This document shows, piece after piece, positions 17,665-27,564 of a stretch of DNA of 64,000 nt. The stretch's first letter is position 1. Each line of letters opens with the position of its first letter. Under the pieces are notes generated by a model that was not told the origin of the DNA, did no database searches, and saw only the letters and a program-made list of their open reading frames with translations. The stretch covers positions 1,696,001 to 1,760,000 of the forward strand of contig OY760142.1 in assembly GCA_963663225.1 (NCBI GenBank), in the 5' to 3' direction. The stretch comes from Nitrospirota bacterium (GTDB lineage: Bacteria; Nitrospirota; UBA9217). Position numbers and translations under genes: made by a program.

Positions 17665-17866
17665 GCGCGTTCCTTTGTGTTTTTCAGCATCCTGCAAGTC
17701 TTGAATCCTTGTTGCGGTTTCTGCCTTCCAGCCTCTCAAAGAGTATTTTGCTGCAATTGCTTTTCAGCCCGGCATCAACTGGAGCGTACATTATAGTGAC
17801 GGAAAGACGGAAATATCCTTCTGGAGCAGGGGAGGCGCAACAGGATAAGATTTTTTCGATGAACTG

Positions 17867-18259
17867 CTACTTGCCGTGCTTTTCTTTTTTCCGGTACACC
17901 GTGCCCTGGAAAAGAGCGACGATTTCCTTCTCTTGGTATATCTTGACGATATAGGTGGCCAGTTTGCTTCCGAGCGACACTTCTTCCGCTTCAGCGATGA
18001 TTTCTCCGGCAGTCACCGCCTTGAGGTACGACATTGTGGCATTGATGCCGACGGCGACAGTGCCGTGGCTGTTGGACGCCGCTGCGAACGCATAATCAGC
18101 CAGGGTGAAAAATGCCCCGCCATGGAGCGTTCCCACCCCGTTCAGATGGTGGGGCTTTACGACGAGCCGTACTGTCGCTTTTCCGTTTCCCGCAGTCAGC
18201 AGCTCCATGCCGGTGTACTCGGCAAATTTGTCATTCTTTAAAAACGATGTTGGATTCAC
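17867..18259 (-). CDS. PaaI-family hotdog thioesterase
   Basis: HLNGVGTLHGGAFFTLADYAFAAASNS motif, in the paaK operon. Confidence 0.9.
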   Translation of the reverse strand: MNPTSFLKNDKFAEYTGMELLTAGNGKATVRLVVKPHHLNGVGTLHGGAFFTLADYAFAAASNSHGTVAVGINATMSYLKAVTAGEIIAEAEEVSLGSKLATYIVKIYQEKEIVALFQGTVYRKKEKHGK

Positions 18260-18268
18260 GATAAACTC

Positions 18269-18697
18269 TCATTTCCTCAGGCTGTCGCTGTCGATCAGTC
18301 CGATGCCGTGCTGTTCCAGCACCCGGATGGCTTTCTGATGGTCTTCCACCCTGAAAATAACGGCCGCGGCGTTCTTTCTTTTTTCCACCATGGCGTACAC
18401 GTATTCAAGGTTAATGTCGTTGTCGTCGAAAATTTTCAGGATTCTGTTCAATCCGCCGGGGGTGTCCTCCACTTCGACGGCGATGACGTCCGTTTCCTGG
18501 ACGACGAAGTCATTCCGCTTGAGCACGGAAGCGCACTTTTCCGGATCGTCGACAATCATCCGCAGCATGCCGAAATCCGCAGTATCGGCGAGCGAAAGGG
18601 CGCGGATGTCTATCCCCTCTTTCTCAAGGACTTCCGTGACCATTGCCAGACGGCCTTTTTTGTTTCCGATAAAAACCGATATTTGTTTGATCTTCAT
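18269..18697 (-). CDS. Tandem ACT-domain protein
   Basis: MKIKQISVF..N..GRL...IRALSLADTADFGMLRMIV, typically found next to paaK. Confidence 0.9.
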   Translation of the reverse strand: MKIKQISVFIGNKKGRLAMVTEVLEKEGIDIRALSLADTADFGMLRMIVDDPEKCASVLKRNDFVVQETDVIAVEVEDTPGGLNRILKIFDDNDINLEYVYAMVEKRKNAAAVIFRVEDHQKAIRVLEQHGIGLIDSDSLRK

Positions 18698-18721
18698 GTC
18701 GAGTCCCCCGGAATGAATAGT

Positions 18722-20020
18722 TTATATCTGGCGTTTGTCGATGACCCGTTTTGCCTTGCCCTCGCTTCTGGGAAGGCTTTTCTGCTCGACCAGCTTCACG
18801 TTCGCGTGGATCGAGAGCGTTGAATGCAGGCGGTGCTCGATTTTTTGCTCGATCTTTTCAAGGTTCTTGATTTCGTCGGAGAACAGGCTCTCGTTCATCT
18901 CGACCTGGACTTCGAGATCGTCCAGTTGTCCGTTTCTTTCGATGACCAGCTGGTAATGCGGCTCCACGCCCTCGATTTCGAACAGCACCTGCTCGATCTG
19001 CGACGGGAAGACGTTCACGCCGCGGATGATAAGCATGTCATCGGTCCTGCCGAGCAGCCGGTGCATTCTGCGCGACGTTCTCCCGCATGAGCAGCCCCCC
19101 TCTTCGAGATACGTGATGTCGCGCGTCCGGTAGCGGAGAATGGGCGTCCCTTCCTTCGTGATTGTGGTGATGACAAGTTCGCCTTTCTCACCAACGGGGA
19201 GCGGTTCGCCCGTCTTGGGATCGATGACTTCCGGATAGAAATAGTCCTCGAAGACATGCAGCCCGTTCTGATTTTCGCACTCCGCGGCAACGCCCGGTCC
19301 GATAATCTCTGTAAGGCCGAAGATGTCGTACGCTTTTACGCGAAGTTTTTCTTCTATTTCGATGCGCATGTTTTCGCTCCAGGGCTCCGCGCCGAAGAAC
19401 CCCGCCTTCAGAGAAAGCGTGGCAATATCAATGCCTTCTTCCCGGACGGCTTCCGCAAGATAGAGCGCGTACGAAGGGGTGCAGGTCAGCACGGTAGACC
19501 GAAAATCCGCCATGACCGTGACCTGCCGCTTGGTGTTTCCACCGGAAATGGGGATGATATTCGCGCCTATTTTTCTGCCGCCGTAATGAACGCCGAGGCC
19601 GCCGGTAAACAGTCCGTATCCATACGCGTTCTGAATGACATCATGGTTTGTAACACCGCCCATGCTGAGCGTTCTGGCCATGACTTCGGACCACAGCTCA
19701 ATGTCATTTCGCGTGTACGCGCTCACCACGGGTTTGCCGGTCGTGCCGGAGGAAGTGTGGATTTCCACAATGTCCTTCGGGTCGGCGGCGCGCAACCCGT
19801 AGGGATAGGTGTCCCGCATGTCGTCCTTCGTCGTGAACGGCAGCCTGACGATGTCTTTCACATCGCGGATGTCCTCAGGCTTTACCCGGAGTTCGTCCAT
19901 TTTTTTCTTGTAGAACGGGACCTTGGCATAAACAGTGCGCACAAGGTTCTGCAACCGTTTTGTCTGGAGGTTCCGAAGGTCTTCCGGAGCCATGGTCTCA
20001 TACTGTGCATTCCAAATCAT
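18722..20020 (-). CDS. paaK: Phenylacetate-CoA ligase family protein
   Basis: [55 protein letters not shown] and GKAKRV motifs. Start trimmed to ATG 20020. Confidence 0.93.
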   Translation of the reverse strand: MIWNAQYETMAPEDLRNLQTKRLQNLVRTVYAKVPFYKKKMDELRVKPEDIRDVKDIVRLPFTTKDDMRDTYPYGLRAADPKDIVEIHTSSGTTGKPVVSAYTRNDIELWSEVMARTLSMGGVTNHDVIQNAYGYGLFTGGLGVHYGGRKIGANIIPISGGNTKRQVTVMADFRSTVLTCTPSYALYLAEAVREEGIDIATLSLKAGFFGAEPWSENMRIEIEEKLRVKAYDIFGLTEIIGPGVAAECENQNGLHVFEDYFYPEVIDPKTGEPLPVGEKGELVITTITKEGTPILRYRTRDITYLEEGGCSCGRTSRRMHRLLGRTDDMLIIRGVNVFPSQIEQVLFEIEGVEPHYQLVIERNGQLDDLEVQVEMNESLFSDEIKNLEKIEQKIEHRLHSTLSIHANVKLVEQKSLPRSEGKAKRVIDKRQI

Positions 20021-20051
20021 TTTTTCCCCTTTACCGCCCTGGAGCGTACGT

Positions 20052-20621
20052 TTATTGTGCCAGGGATTTTCCCACCAGAAACGCCGTCCAGTTGGCATCG
20101 AACGTACCGTCCGGAACATTGTCCTTCATGGACCGCTGCCATGCGTCATCGCTGAAATCAAGATGCGTGGACACGAGGCCCAGCAGCGCCGTATTCAGGA
20201 ATTTTACATTGCCGGTTTTTTCGTTTATCTGTGCGGGGTTGATCGCGATGCTGTTCTTGAAATGGGTCTTGATCGTCTGCTCGATCGTGTCGGGATATCC
20301 GGCGGCGTTGGGAGGCAATATCCTGGTTTTTGTGAAAATAACGTTGGTGTCGTTCCGCAGGTAGGAGAACCACCGCATGGTTTCCATTTCTTCAAGAGAT
20401 ATCAGAATGTCAACGTCGCCCTCGGGGATGACCGGTGAATAGACCTTCTCCCCGAACCGGATATGGCTGAACACCGAGCCGCCGCGCTGGCTCATGCCGT
20501 GGATTTCGCTTTTTTTTACGTCATGCCCCGCGTACAGGGCGGCAAGCGAGATGATGTCGCTTGCCAGGACGATTCCCTGCCCGCCGACACCTACCATCAG
20601 TACATTTGTAATATTAGACAT
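20052..20621 (-). CDS. iorB: Indolepyruvate:ferredoxin oxidoreductase beta subunit
   Basis: VGVGGQG and [13 protein letters not shown] motifs. Confidence 0.93.
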   Translation of the reverse strand: MSNITNVLMVGVGGQGIVLASDIISLAALYAGHDVKKSEIHGMSQRGGSVFSHIRFGEKVYSPVIPEGDVDILISLEEMETMRWFSYLRNDTNVIFTKTRILPPNAAGYPDTIEQTIKTHFKNSIAINPAQINEKTGNVKFLNTALLGLVSTHLDFSDDAWQRSMKDNVPDGTFDANWTAFLVGKSLAQ

Positions 20622-20627
20622 GGTCGG

Positions 20628-22211
20628 TTATTTCTTCCTTTTCTGCAGAATCACGCAAAGCCCCTTCACAATAAGAAAGGACAAGCCTTTTTTGCCGAGC
20701 AACTGTGAAATGGATTCCTCGATTTCCCGGTCGCTGTAGGCGTCCACGGTCCTGAAATTCTCCTCAGGAATGCCGACTGCCTGCGCGAGTTTCTCGTAGT
20801 TCAGCGAGACGGCGGGCTGTCTGCGGATCGTTTCTCCGGACAGGGGATTCGGCTGCATTCCGGTCATGGCGGTGGTGCCGTTGTCCAGCACGATGACGAG
20901 TGTGTCTCTGCCGTTGTACGCCGCGTTCAGGAGGCCGGTTATGCCGGAATGGGCGAACGTAGAATCGCCGATGACCGCCACCACATTCTGTTTGTGGTTT
21001 TTTCCCTCGGCGATCTCGATCCCCTGGGCAATGGTTATGCTCGCGCCCATGTCCATGCAGGTGTCAAGGGCCGAGAAGGGCGGCAGGACGCCCAGCGTGT
21101 AACAGCCGATGTCGCCCGTAACATACACACCCAGCTTGTTCAGGGTGGAAAACACCTTCCGGTGAGGGCAGCCCGGGCAGAGAGACGGGGGCCGGCTCGG
21201 AATGTCAACCGGGACTGAAATGGTTGCGGGACGAGGCGTTTTGGTCACCGCTCTTTTTATAACGCCGGGATCAAATTCTCCGACAATCGGGAGCACGTTC
21301 TTGCCCTGCACGCTGAAGCCCAGCGATTTGATATGCGATTCGATGTGCGGGTCCAGTTCTTCTACAATATATACGTTTTTGATTTTCGCGAAAAAATCCC
21401 TGATCAGGCCGTCCGGGAAAGGGTATACCATGCCCAGCTTAAGAATGGAAGCGTTGGGGAACGCGTCCCGCACATAGGAGTAACAGATGCCGGAAGTGAC
21501 AAAGCCAATCGAGGTATCCTTTATTTCCATTTTATTGAGCGCGTAGCTGTTGGCCGCCTGTTCCATCTGTGACAGGCGTTTTTCCACTTCCACGTGCCGC
21601 TTCCGGGCAAAGGCCGGAATCATCACATATTTCTGGATGTTTTTTGTGAAGCCCTTGGTGATCGGCGAGGCAGTGCGGGGGCCGACGGCAACCGCGCCTT
21701 TGGAATGGGAAATCCTTGTCGTGGTTCTTAAAAGAACGGGTGTGTCGTATTGTTCGCTCAGCAGGAGGGCCTGGCCTACAAAGTCTTTTGCCTCCTGCGA
21801 ATTTGCCGGCTCCAGCATGGGGATTTTTGCTGCCACAGCGTAATGACGGCTGTCCTGCTCGTTCTGCGAGGAGTGCATGTCAGGATCATCCGCGGCCACG
21901 ATGATCAAACCGCCCTTCACCCCGATATAAGAAGCGGTAAACAGCGGGTCAGCCGCCACATTTAGTCCGACATGCTTCATGGTTACAAGGGTGCGCGCGC
22001 CGGCAAGAGATGCCCCCACGCCGACTTCCAGGGCGACTTTTTCATTGACCGACCATTCGGTGTAGATGTCTGGATACTCCGCAGTGACGGCTTCGAGTAT
22101 TTCCGTTGACGGCGTCCCCGGATACCCGGTGCAGACGCTGATGTCCGATTCCCACGCGCCGCGCGCGATTGCTTCATTGCCTGATAATAAAAGAATTTCG
22201 CTGGTTTTCAT
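20628..22211 (-). CDS. iorA: Indolepyruvate:ferredoxin oxidoreductase alpha subunit, without a C-terminal ferredoxin domain
   Basis: GNEAIARG, YPGTPSTE, MKHVGLNVAAD, CPGCPH, GDIGCY and the TPP motif GDSTF...LDN. Confidence 0.93.
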   Translation of the reverse strand: MKTSEILLLSGNEAIARGAWESDISVCTGYPGTPSTEILEAVTAEYPDIYTEWSVNEKVALEVGVGASLAGARTLVTMKHVGLNVAADPLFTASYIGVKGGLIIVAADDPDMHSSQNEQDSRHYAVAAKIPMLEPANSQEAKDFVGQALLLSEQYDTPVLLRTTTRISHSKGAVAVGPRTASPITKGFTKNIQKYVMIPAFARKRHVEVEKRLSQMEQAANSYALNKMEIKDTSIGFVTSGICYSYVRDAFPNASILKLGMVYPFPDGLIRDFFAKIKNVYIVEELDPHIESHIKSLGFSVQGKNVLPIVGEFDPGVIKRAVTKTPRPATISVPVDIPSRPPSLCPGCPHRKVFSTLNKLGVYVTGDIGCYTLGVLPPFSALDTCMDMGASITIAQGIEIAEGKNHKQNVVAVIGDSTFAHSGITGLLNAAYNGRDTLVIVLDNGTTAMTGMQPNPLSGETIRRQPAVSLNYEKLAQAVGIPEENFRTVDAYSDREIEESISQLLGKKGLSFLIVKGLCVILQKRKK

Positions 22212-22493
22212 GCGAGCTCGGTTCTCCCGGTTTGTGTAAGAATGCCGCTATAATAGCACAATAAAAAAAAGTGTAAATAGGATTTTCGCCTGATGATGGC
22301 TTGGGAAGAGTTTAATAGGTTAAATACAGTTTAGAGTATGGCGTTCCGGAAAGCCAGATGCTTTACTTTTTCAACAAGGGAGAGTAAACTTTTCATCCAG
22401 CCCGAATGATAATACCGCTTGAGAAGAGCACCCGAACCGATGTTTTTCCAGGAGAGATTCGTCTCTCTTCAATTCCTGATTAAGGAGAAATGT

Positions 22494-24002
22494 ATGGACC
22501 GTAGAAATTTTCTGAGAATTGCCATGATGTCGCCGGTTGCCGGAGGGCTTTTGCTTTCCCCGTGCACGTCAGCAGCCCGCGGGATACCGGCGGCAGCTAT
22601 TACCGAACTGCCGAAGGGGTTCTGTTATGCCGGACCGCCAGCCGGAGAAATCACCACGACACTCAGGGATTTGTTCAAGGTGGGGCCCGGCCCTTCCAGT
22701 TCGCACACGGTTGCCCCCATACGGATTGCGAGCAACTTCCGCGACGCCCTGCAAGCACTGCCTGATGACCGGTTCCGGCTGTCCGAGAAAATTGAGGTCA
22801 GGTTTTTCGGGAGTCTCAGCGCCACGGGTAAAGGCCACCGAACCGACAGGGCGGTGCTTGCCGGGCTGTTGGGCGAGCGCCCGGAGACGTGCAGCACGGC
22901 GCTTATGGACGATTTGCAAAACACCGCAAAGGTGCGCACCACGGAGATCAGAGGAAAACGCTTCGAACTTTCGGGCGCCACTATCGTATGGGACAAGATA
23001 GAGCATGACTTTCCTTACGCAAACACGATGATTCTGCGGCTCCTGGGGCGGGATGAAAACGTGTTGTTCGAGCGCGAGTATTATTCAACCGGGGGAGGAT
23101 TCTTCTCCTATAAAGGGGAACGGCCGCTGGAACGCGGCAAACCGGTTTACTCTTTTGGGAGCATGACTGCGTTTAAGAAGATTGCGGCTGAAAAGAATAA
23201 AAAACTTCATGAGATTCTGATGGAAAACGAGATGGCGATACTGCAGGTATCCGAGAAGGAGATAAACGGCCATCTCGATCTGGTGATTGATACCATGTTG
23301 CGTGGAGTTCGTCTCGGGCTGAACGAGGAGGGGATACTTCCCGGGCCTTTTGAACTGCACCGCAAAGCAAAGTTGATTTATGAGAAATCCCGCGTTCTGA
23401 AAAACGATGAGCGTTTCATGGGAGAGCTGTCAAGCTACGCCCTGGCGGTTTCTGAAGGCAACGCGGCAGGCCGGCTTGCCGTAACAGCCCCGACTCTCGG
23501 GTCCGCCGGGACGATGCCCGGAATCCTTTACCTCATGAAAAACAAAATGAAGCTTTCGCGGGCCGACTTGCGAAAGGGACTGATGGCGGCAGGGCTGGTT
23601 GGCTTCCTGTGCAAGAACAACGCGAGCATAGCCGGAGCTGAAGTGGGGTGCCAGGGGGAGATCGGGGTCGCTTCATCCATGGCTGCCGCCATGCTGGCTT
23701 ATGCTGCCGGTGCATCGCTGGACGTAACTGAGAACGCCGCGACAATCGCCCTTGAGCATCATCTTGGTATGACCTGCGATCCGGTGGGTGGGTTTGTGCT
23801 GATTCCCTGCATAGAAAGAAACGCCTTTGGATCCATCAAGGCGTACAACGCGTGGATCATCGCAAAAAACGAAATAGCCTCGCAGCACTGGGAGGACCTG
23901 GACCGCGTTATCGCCGCCATGCTTGAGGCAGGCAAGGCAATGCCGCCAAAACTGCGGGAGATGGGGACAGGAGGACTCGGCGTGTCGATGGTGAATTGCT
24001 GA
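22494..24002 (+). CDS. sdaA: Fe-S-dependent L-serine ammonia-lyase (single-chain SdaA type) with a twin-arginine leader
   Basis: GPGPSSSHT, GSLSATGKGH.TD, GAEVGCQGE and EHHLGMTCDPVGG.V.IPCIERN motifs. N-terminus MDRRNFL lies behind a TAAGGAG RBS. Confidence 0.9.
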   Translation: MDRRNFLRIAMMSPVAGGLLLSPCTSAARGIPAAAITELPKGFCYAGPPAGEITTTLRDLFKVGPGPSSSHTVAPIRIASNFRDALQALPDDRFRLSEKIEVRFFGSLSATGKGHRTDRAVLAGLLGERPETCSTALMDDLQNTAKVRTTEIRGKRFELSGATIVWDKIEHDFPYANTMILRLLGRDENVLFEREYYSTGGGFFSYKGERPLERGKPVYSFGSMTAFKKIAAEKNKKLHEILMENEMAILQVSEKEINGHLDLVIDTMLRGVRLGLNEEGILPGPFELHRKAKLIYEKSRVLKNDERFMGELSSYALAVSEGNAAGRLAVTAPTLGSAGTMPGILYLMKNKMKLSRADLRKGLMAAGLVGFLCKNNASIAGAEVGCQGEIGVASSMAAAMLAYAAGASLDVTENAATIALEHHLGMTCDPVGGFVLIPCIERNAFGSIKAYNAWIIAKNEIASQHWEDLDRVIAAMLEAGKAMPPKLREMGTGGLGVSMVNC

Positions 24003-24062
24003 GACAGGCTCTCGTAAAACAAAAAAGACCGGCGATAGAGCCGATCTTTATGAAGATATTGT

Positions 24063-24149
24063 TGGTGCCGGCGGTCGGAATCGAACCGACATGGAGTTGC
24101 CCCCGGAGGATTTTGAGTCCTCTGCGTCTACCAGTTCCACCACGCCGGC
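24063..24149 (-). tRNA. tRNA-Leu(CAA)
   Basis: Reverse complement reads GCCGGCGTGGTGGAACTGGTAGAC...GAGGA-CT-CAA-AA-TCCTC, long variable arm, GGTTCGATTCC...GCCGGCACCA. Confidence 0.97.
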
Positions 24150-24234
24150 ACGGAATGAAACTTACACTAACCCAAATTCTCTGTCAAGTAAAAAGGCTTG
24201 CATCTTCCCCATCCGGTTTGTATAATAACTCGCT

Positions 24235-24690
24235 ATGCTTACGGGGTACAATACCGACTTCAAGTTTCAGGGCAAAGTCTACCACGTCCAGACAGAGGAC
24301 GGCGGGCGGAACAGCCCGCAGATAACCTCGTTGTTGTACAGCAAAGGAGAAATACTTGCATCCCGCAGGACCAGTTACGCCGATATTGTAAAAGCGGATT
24401 GTCTGGACGAAGTCGTCCGTGAACTCATGATGGAGCAGCACAAGCAGATGATCCGCGATCTGATGCACGGAAAGCTGGAATTGAATACTGCTCCCGCCGC
24501 ACCCGCACCTCCGCCGGAACCGGTCCTGACGGAGCCCCAGGCGCCTCCGGTCCAGGATGCACCGCCAGCCACGCCATCTCCCCCGCCGCCGGTTTCCCAG
24601 GAACCCCAGGAAGAGGTCAAGGAAAAAAGCCTTGATGATATCATTCTTGATTTTCTTGCGCAGGAACAGAAAGAGCGGAATCAAAATTGA
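24235..24690 (+). CDS. Conserved hypothetical protein with a Pro-rich linker
   Basis: GYNTD...YHVQTEDGG N-terminal domain, Pro-rich linker and SLDDIILDFL tail. TTGCAT-17-TATAAT promoter directly upstream. Confidence 0.75.
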   Translation: MLTGYNTDFKFQGKVYHVQTEDGGRNSPQITSLLYSKGEILASRRTSYADIVKADCLDEVVRELMMEQHKQMIRDLMHGKLELNTAPAAPAPPPEPVLTEPQAPPVQDAPPATPSPPPPVSQEPQEEVKEKSLDDIILDFLAQEQKERNQN

Positions 24691-24814
24691 TATGTTCACC
24701 CGGCTGTTTCAAAGAGGAACTCCGGCCGGTTTTTGCACATCGGACGCACAGAGCACCCGAAGCGGGGATGCCCGCACGGATAGTGGAACCATATTGAACT
24801 GAGGAGGTTTTTGC

Positions 24815-25657
24815 ATGGCAGTTACTGCGGACCAATTGAAGACGCTTACGGACAAGGCCCGGAGAATACGGATTGACATCCTGAAGATGCTGACCGAATC
24901 CGGCTCCGGCCATACCGGAGGCAGCCTGTCCGCTGCAGATATTGCAACGGCGCTCTACTTTTATAAAATGAAATACGATCCGAAAAAACCCGACTGGAAG
25001 GGCCGGGATTATTTCGTGCTTTCCAAAGGGCACGCGGCGCCGCTCCTGTACGCGGTCCTTGCGCACGCCGGTTTTTTCGAACACGCTGAATTGTGCACGC
25101 TCCGCAAGCTGGGCTCCCGGCTGCAGGGGCATCCGGACAGCAAGCGTCTGCCCGGCGTGGATATATCGACCGGTTCGCTCGGCCAGGGGCTGTCGGTGGC
25201 GAACGGGATCGCGCTTGCGCACAAGGTGGACAAAGCGCCGAACCGCGTCTACACGCTGCTCGGTGACGGCGAGCTCCAGGAAGGACAGGTCTGGGAGGCC
25301 GCCATGACGTCGGCGCATTACAAGCTCGACAATCTGTGCGCGCTTATCGACAACAACGGGCTGCAGATCGACGGACCGGTGAAGGAGATCATGAACATAG
25401 AGCCGATTACGGACAAGTGGCGCGCGTTCGGCTGGGAAGTGCTGGACATTGACGGCCATGATATGAAGAAGATCGTTGATGCTCTTGATAAAGCTGAAAC
25501 CGTGAAAGGCAGGCCGACTGCCATCGTCTGCCGGACCGTTAAGGGAAAAGGCTCGGCAGTGTTCGAAGGCAAGGTGGAGTTTCACGGGACCACCCCTTCA
25601 CCAGAAGAGCTTGAGATCGCATTAAAAGAATTATCCGAAGAAACGGCATGTAAATAG
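24815..25657 (+). CDS. Transketolase, N-terminal (TPP-binding) subunit
   Basis: GH.GGSLS, LSKGH, LQGHP, STGSLGQG and GDGELQEG.VWE motifs. Confidence 0.95.
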   Translation: MAVTADQLKTLTDKARRIRIDILKMLTESGSGHTGGSLSAADIATALYFYKMKYDPKKPDWKGRDYFVLSKGHAAPLLYAVLAHAGFFEHAELCTLRKLGSRLQGHPDSKRLPGVDISTGSLGQGLSVANGIALAHKVDKAPNRVYTLLGDGELQEGQVWEAAMTSAHYKLDNLCALIDNNGLQIDGPVKEIMNIEPITDKWRAFGWEVLDIDGHDMKKIVDALDKAETVKGRPTAIVCRTVKGKGSAVFEGKVEFHGTTPSPEELEIALKELSEETACK

Positions 25658-25738
25658 ACCGTGACGGATTGCTTGCCGGGGGCGGACGGTTTTGTCCCCG
25701 CGATGATCTGCAGTCCATCATAAAGCACAGGGGGAATT

Positions 25739-26680
25739 GTGACACAACAGATTGCGACAAGAGATGCGTACGGAGATGCCCTGGTGGCGCTCGGGAAAAA
25801 GCGGAGCGATGTGATCGTGCTGGATGCGGACCTGTCCGGCTCCACGAAAACAGCCAAGTTTGCCAAAGCATTTCCGGATCGTTTTTTTAACATGGGCATA
25901 GCCGAACAGGATATGATGGGCACCGCTGCGGGTCTCGCGACCGCGGGCAAACTGCCGTTCGTGAGCACGTTCGCGGTGTTTGCAACCGGCAGAGGTTGGG
26001 AACAGATACGCCAGTCCATCTGCTATTCAAAGTTGAATGTAAAAATTGTGGCAAGCCACGCGGGCATTACGGTCGGCGAGGACGGCGGTTCCCACCAATC
26101 GGTCGAGGACATAGCCGTGATGCGGGTAATACCGAATATGACGGTGATTGTGCCGGCGGACGGTGTGGAAGCGCGCAAGGCCATCGAGGCGGTTGCGGAC
26201 TATAAAGGACCGTGCTATGTTCGCGCAGGACGAAGCAAGGTGCCGACGTTGTTTGGAGACGACTACTCCTTTGCCATCGGCAAGGCGCACGTGTTCAGCA
26301 CGGGGAAGGACGCCGCCATCATCGCGACAGGGATTATGGTTGCCGAGGCGCTCAAGGCGCGGGACCTCCTGAAGGCGGACGGTATCGACGCAGGCGTGAT
26401 CAATATGTCCACGATCAAACCGCTTGATACCGCTGCGGTTATAGAAGCAGCTCGGTACAGCGGCGCGATCGTGACGGCGGAGGAACATTCCATCGTCGGA
26501 GGACTCGCCGGGGCGGTGGCGGAAGCGCTTGCTGAAGCCGCGCCAGCGCCCATGGTGCGCGTCGGCGTGCAGGATGTGTTCGGGTCCTCCGGGAACCACG
26601 CGGGGCTCCTGAAACACTATGGACTGACGGCGGACGACATCGCGGCGGCGGTAAAAAAGGTCGTAAAACTGAAGCGCTGA
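25739..26680 (+). CDS. Transketolase, C-terminal subunit
   Basis: LDADLSGST, GIAEQ, GEDGGSHQ and EEHS..GG motifs. Confidence 0.95.
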   Translation: MTQQIATRDAYGDALVALGKKRSDVIVLDADLSGSTKTAKFAKAFPDRFFNMGIAEQDMMGTAAGLATAGKLPFVSTFAVFATGRGWEQIRQSICYSKLNVKIVASHAGITVGEDGGSHQSVEDIAVMRVIPNMTVIVPADGVEARKAIEAVADYKGPCYVRAGRSKVPTLFGDDYSFAIGKAHVFSTGKDAAIIATGIMVAEALKARDLLKADGIDAGVINMSTIKPLDTAAVIEAARYSGAIVTAEEHSIVGGLAGAVAEALAEAAPAPMVRVGVQDVFGSSGNHAGLLKHYGLTADDIAAAVKKVVKLKR

Positions 26681-26823
26681 AATTTTTTGCGGTAGATTGC
26701 CTGCAGCAGCGAAGAGCGCCTCCGGCACGCAGAACGCGGCAAACGGTGTGACAGCCATGCCCTGCGGCTAGGAAGTCCTGCAGGCGCTGTGTGTTCTTCT
26801 GAACCTTTTGTCATGGTGCGGCA

Positions 26824-27564
26824 ATGATCCAACTTCACGGCGTATCGAAATATTATGAAGGCGTTCCCGCCCTGCGTAATGTCAGTTTTTCCGTAAGCAA
26901 AGGCGAGTTCGTCTTTGTGACCGGCCCGAGCGGCGCCGGCAAAACCACCCTTCTGAAGATTCTCTTCTGCGCGGAACATGCGGACGAAGGGCAGATCATC
27001 ATCCACGGTGTAAACGCTTTCCGGCTCACCTCTTCGAACATTCCCTATCTTCGGCGCAACATGGGTTTTGTTTTTCAGGATTATAAGCTGCTGTCTCATA
27101 AAACTATTTTTGAGAACATTGCGCTCGCGCTGAAAGTGGTAGGCACGCCGTACGGCGAAATCGAACGGCGCGTGCATCAGGTGCTGAAGAAGGTCGGCAT
27201 GGAGGAAAAGCAGCACCTGACGCCCCCGAAGCTTTCCGGCGGAGAGCAGCAGAAGATCGCGGTGGCGCGGGCGCTGGTAAATGAACCGCAGGTGCTGCTT
27301 GCGGACGAACCCACGGGCAACCTGGACCCGCAGAGCGGCCAGGATGTTTTCCGTCTGTTCAGGGACATCAACATGAAGGGGACGACGGTGCTCGTCGCGA
27401 CCCATGACCAGGAAACGGTAAAAAAGATGCAGCGCAGGATCATCACCATGGTCAACGGCTCGATTTCGGACGACGGTAGCCAGCCTTTGCGGCGCACACG
27501 GACGCCTAAACAGCTTACCATTGACACAGACGGCAGAACGAATCCGGGCGGGAGCGCTTCATGA
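26824..27564 (+). CDS. ftsE: Cell division ATP-binding protein FtsE
   Basis: GPSGAGKTT, LSGGEQQ and LADEPTGNLD motifs, upstream of ftsX. Confidence 0.95.
   Translation: MIQLHGVSKYYEGVPALRNVSFSVSKGEFVFVTGPSGAGKTTLLKILFCAEHADEGQIIIHGVNAFRLTSSNIPYLRRNMGFVFQDYKLLSHKTIFENIALALKVVGTPYGEIERRVHQVLKKVGMEEKQHLTPPKLSGGEQQKIAVARALVNEPQVLLADEPTGNLDPQSGQDVFRLFRDINMKGTTVLVATHDQETVKKMQRRIITMVNGSISDDGSQPLRRTRTPKQLTIDTDGRTNPGGSAS

Noticed and set aside
22300-22493. Possible glycine or other riboswitch upstream of the serine dehydratase (GGAGAG hairpin)
   Set aside because: Only a short GAGA-TTCG-TCTC hairpin is present; the conserved GCCGAAG and CTCTCAGG aptamer elements are missing.
23990-24017. Possible Sec read-through at the end of the serine dehydratase (VNC-TGA-DRLS)
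   Set aside because: SdaA-type proteins normally end at this terminal Cys, so the TGA is an ordinary stop and the extension resembles nothing.
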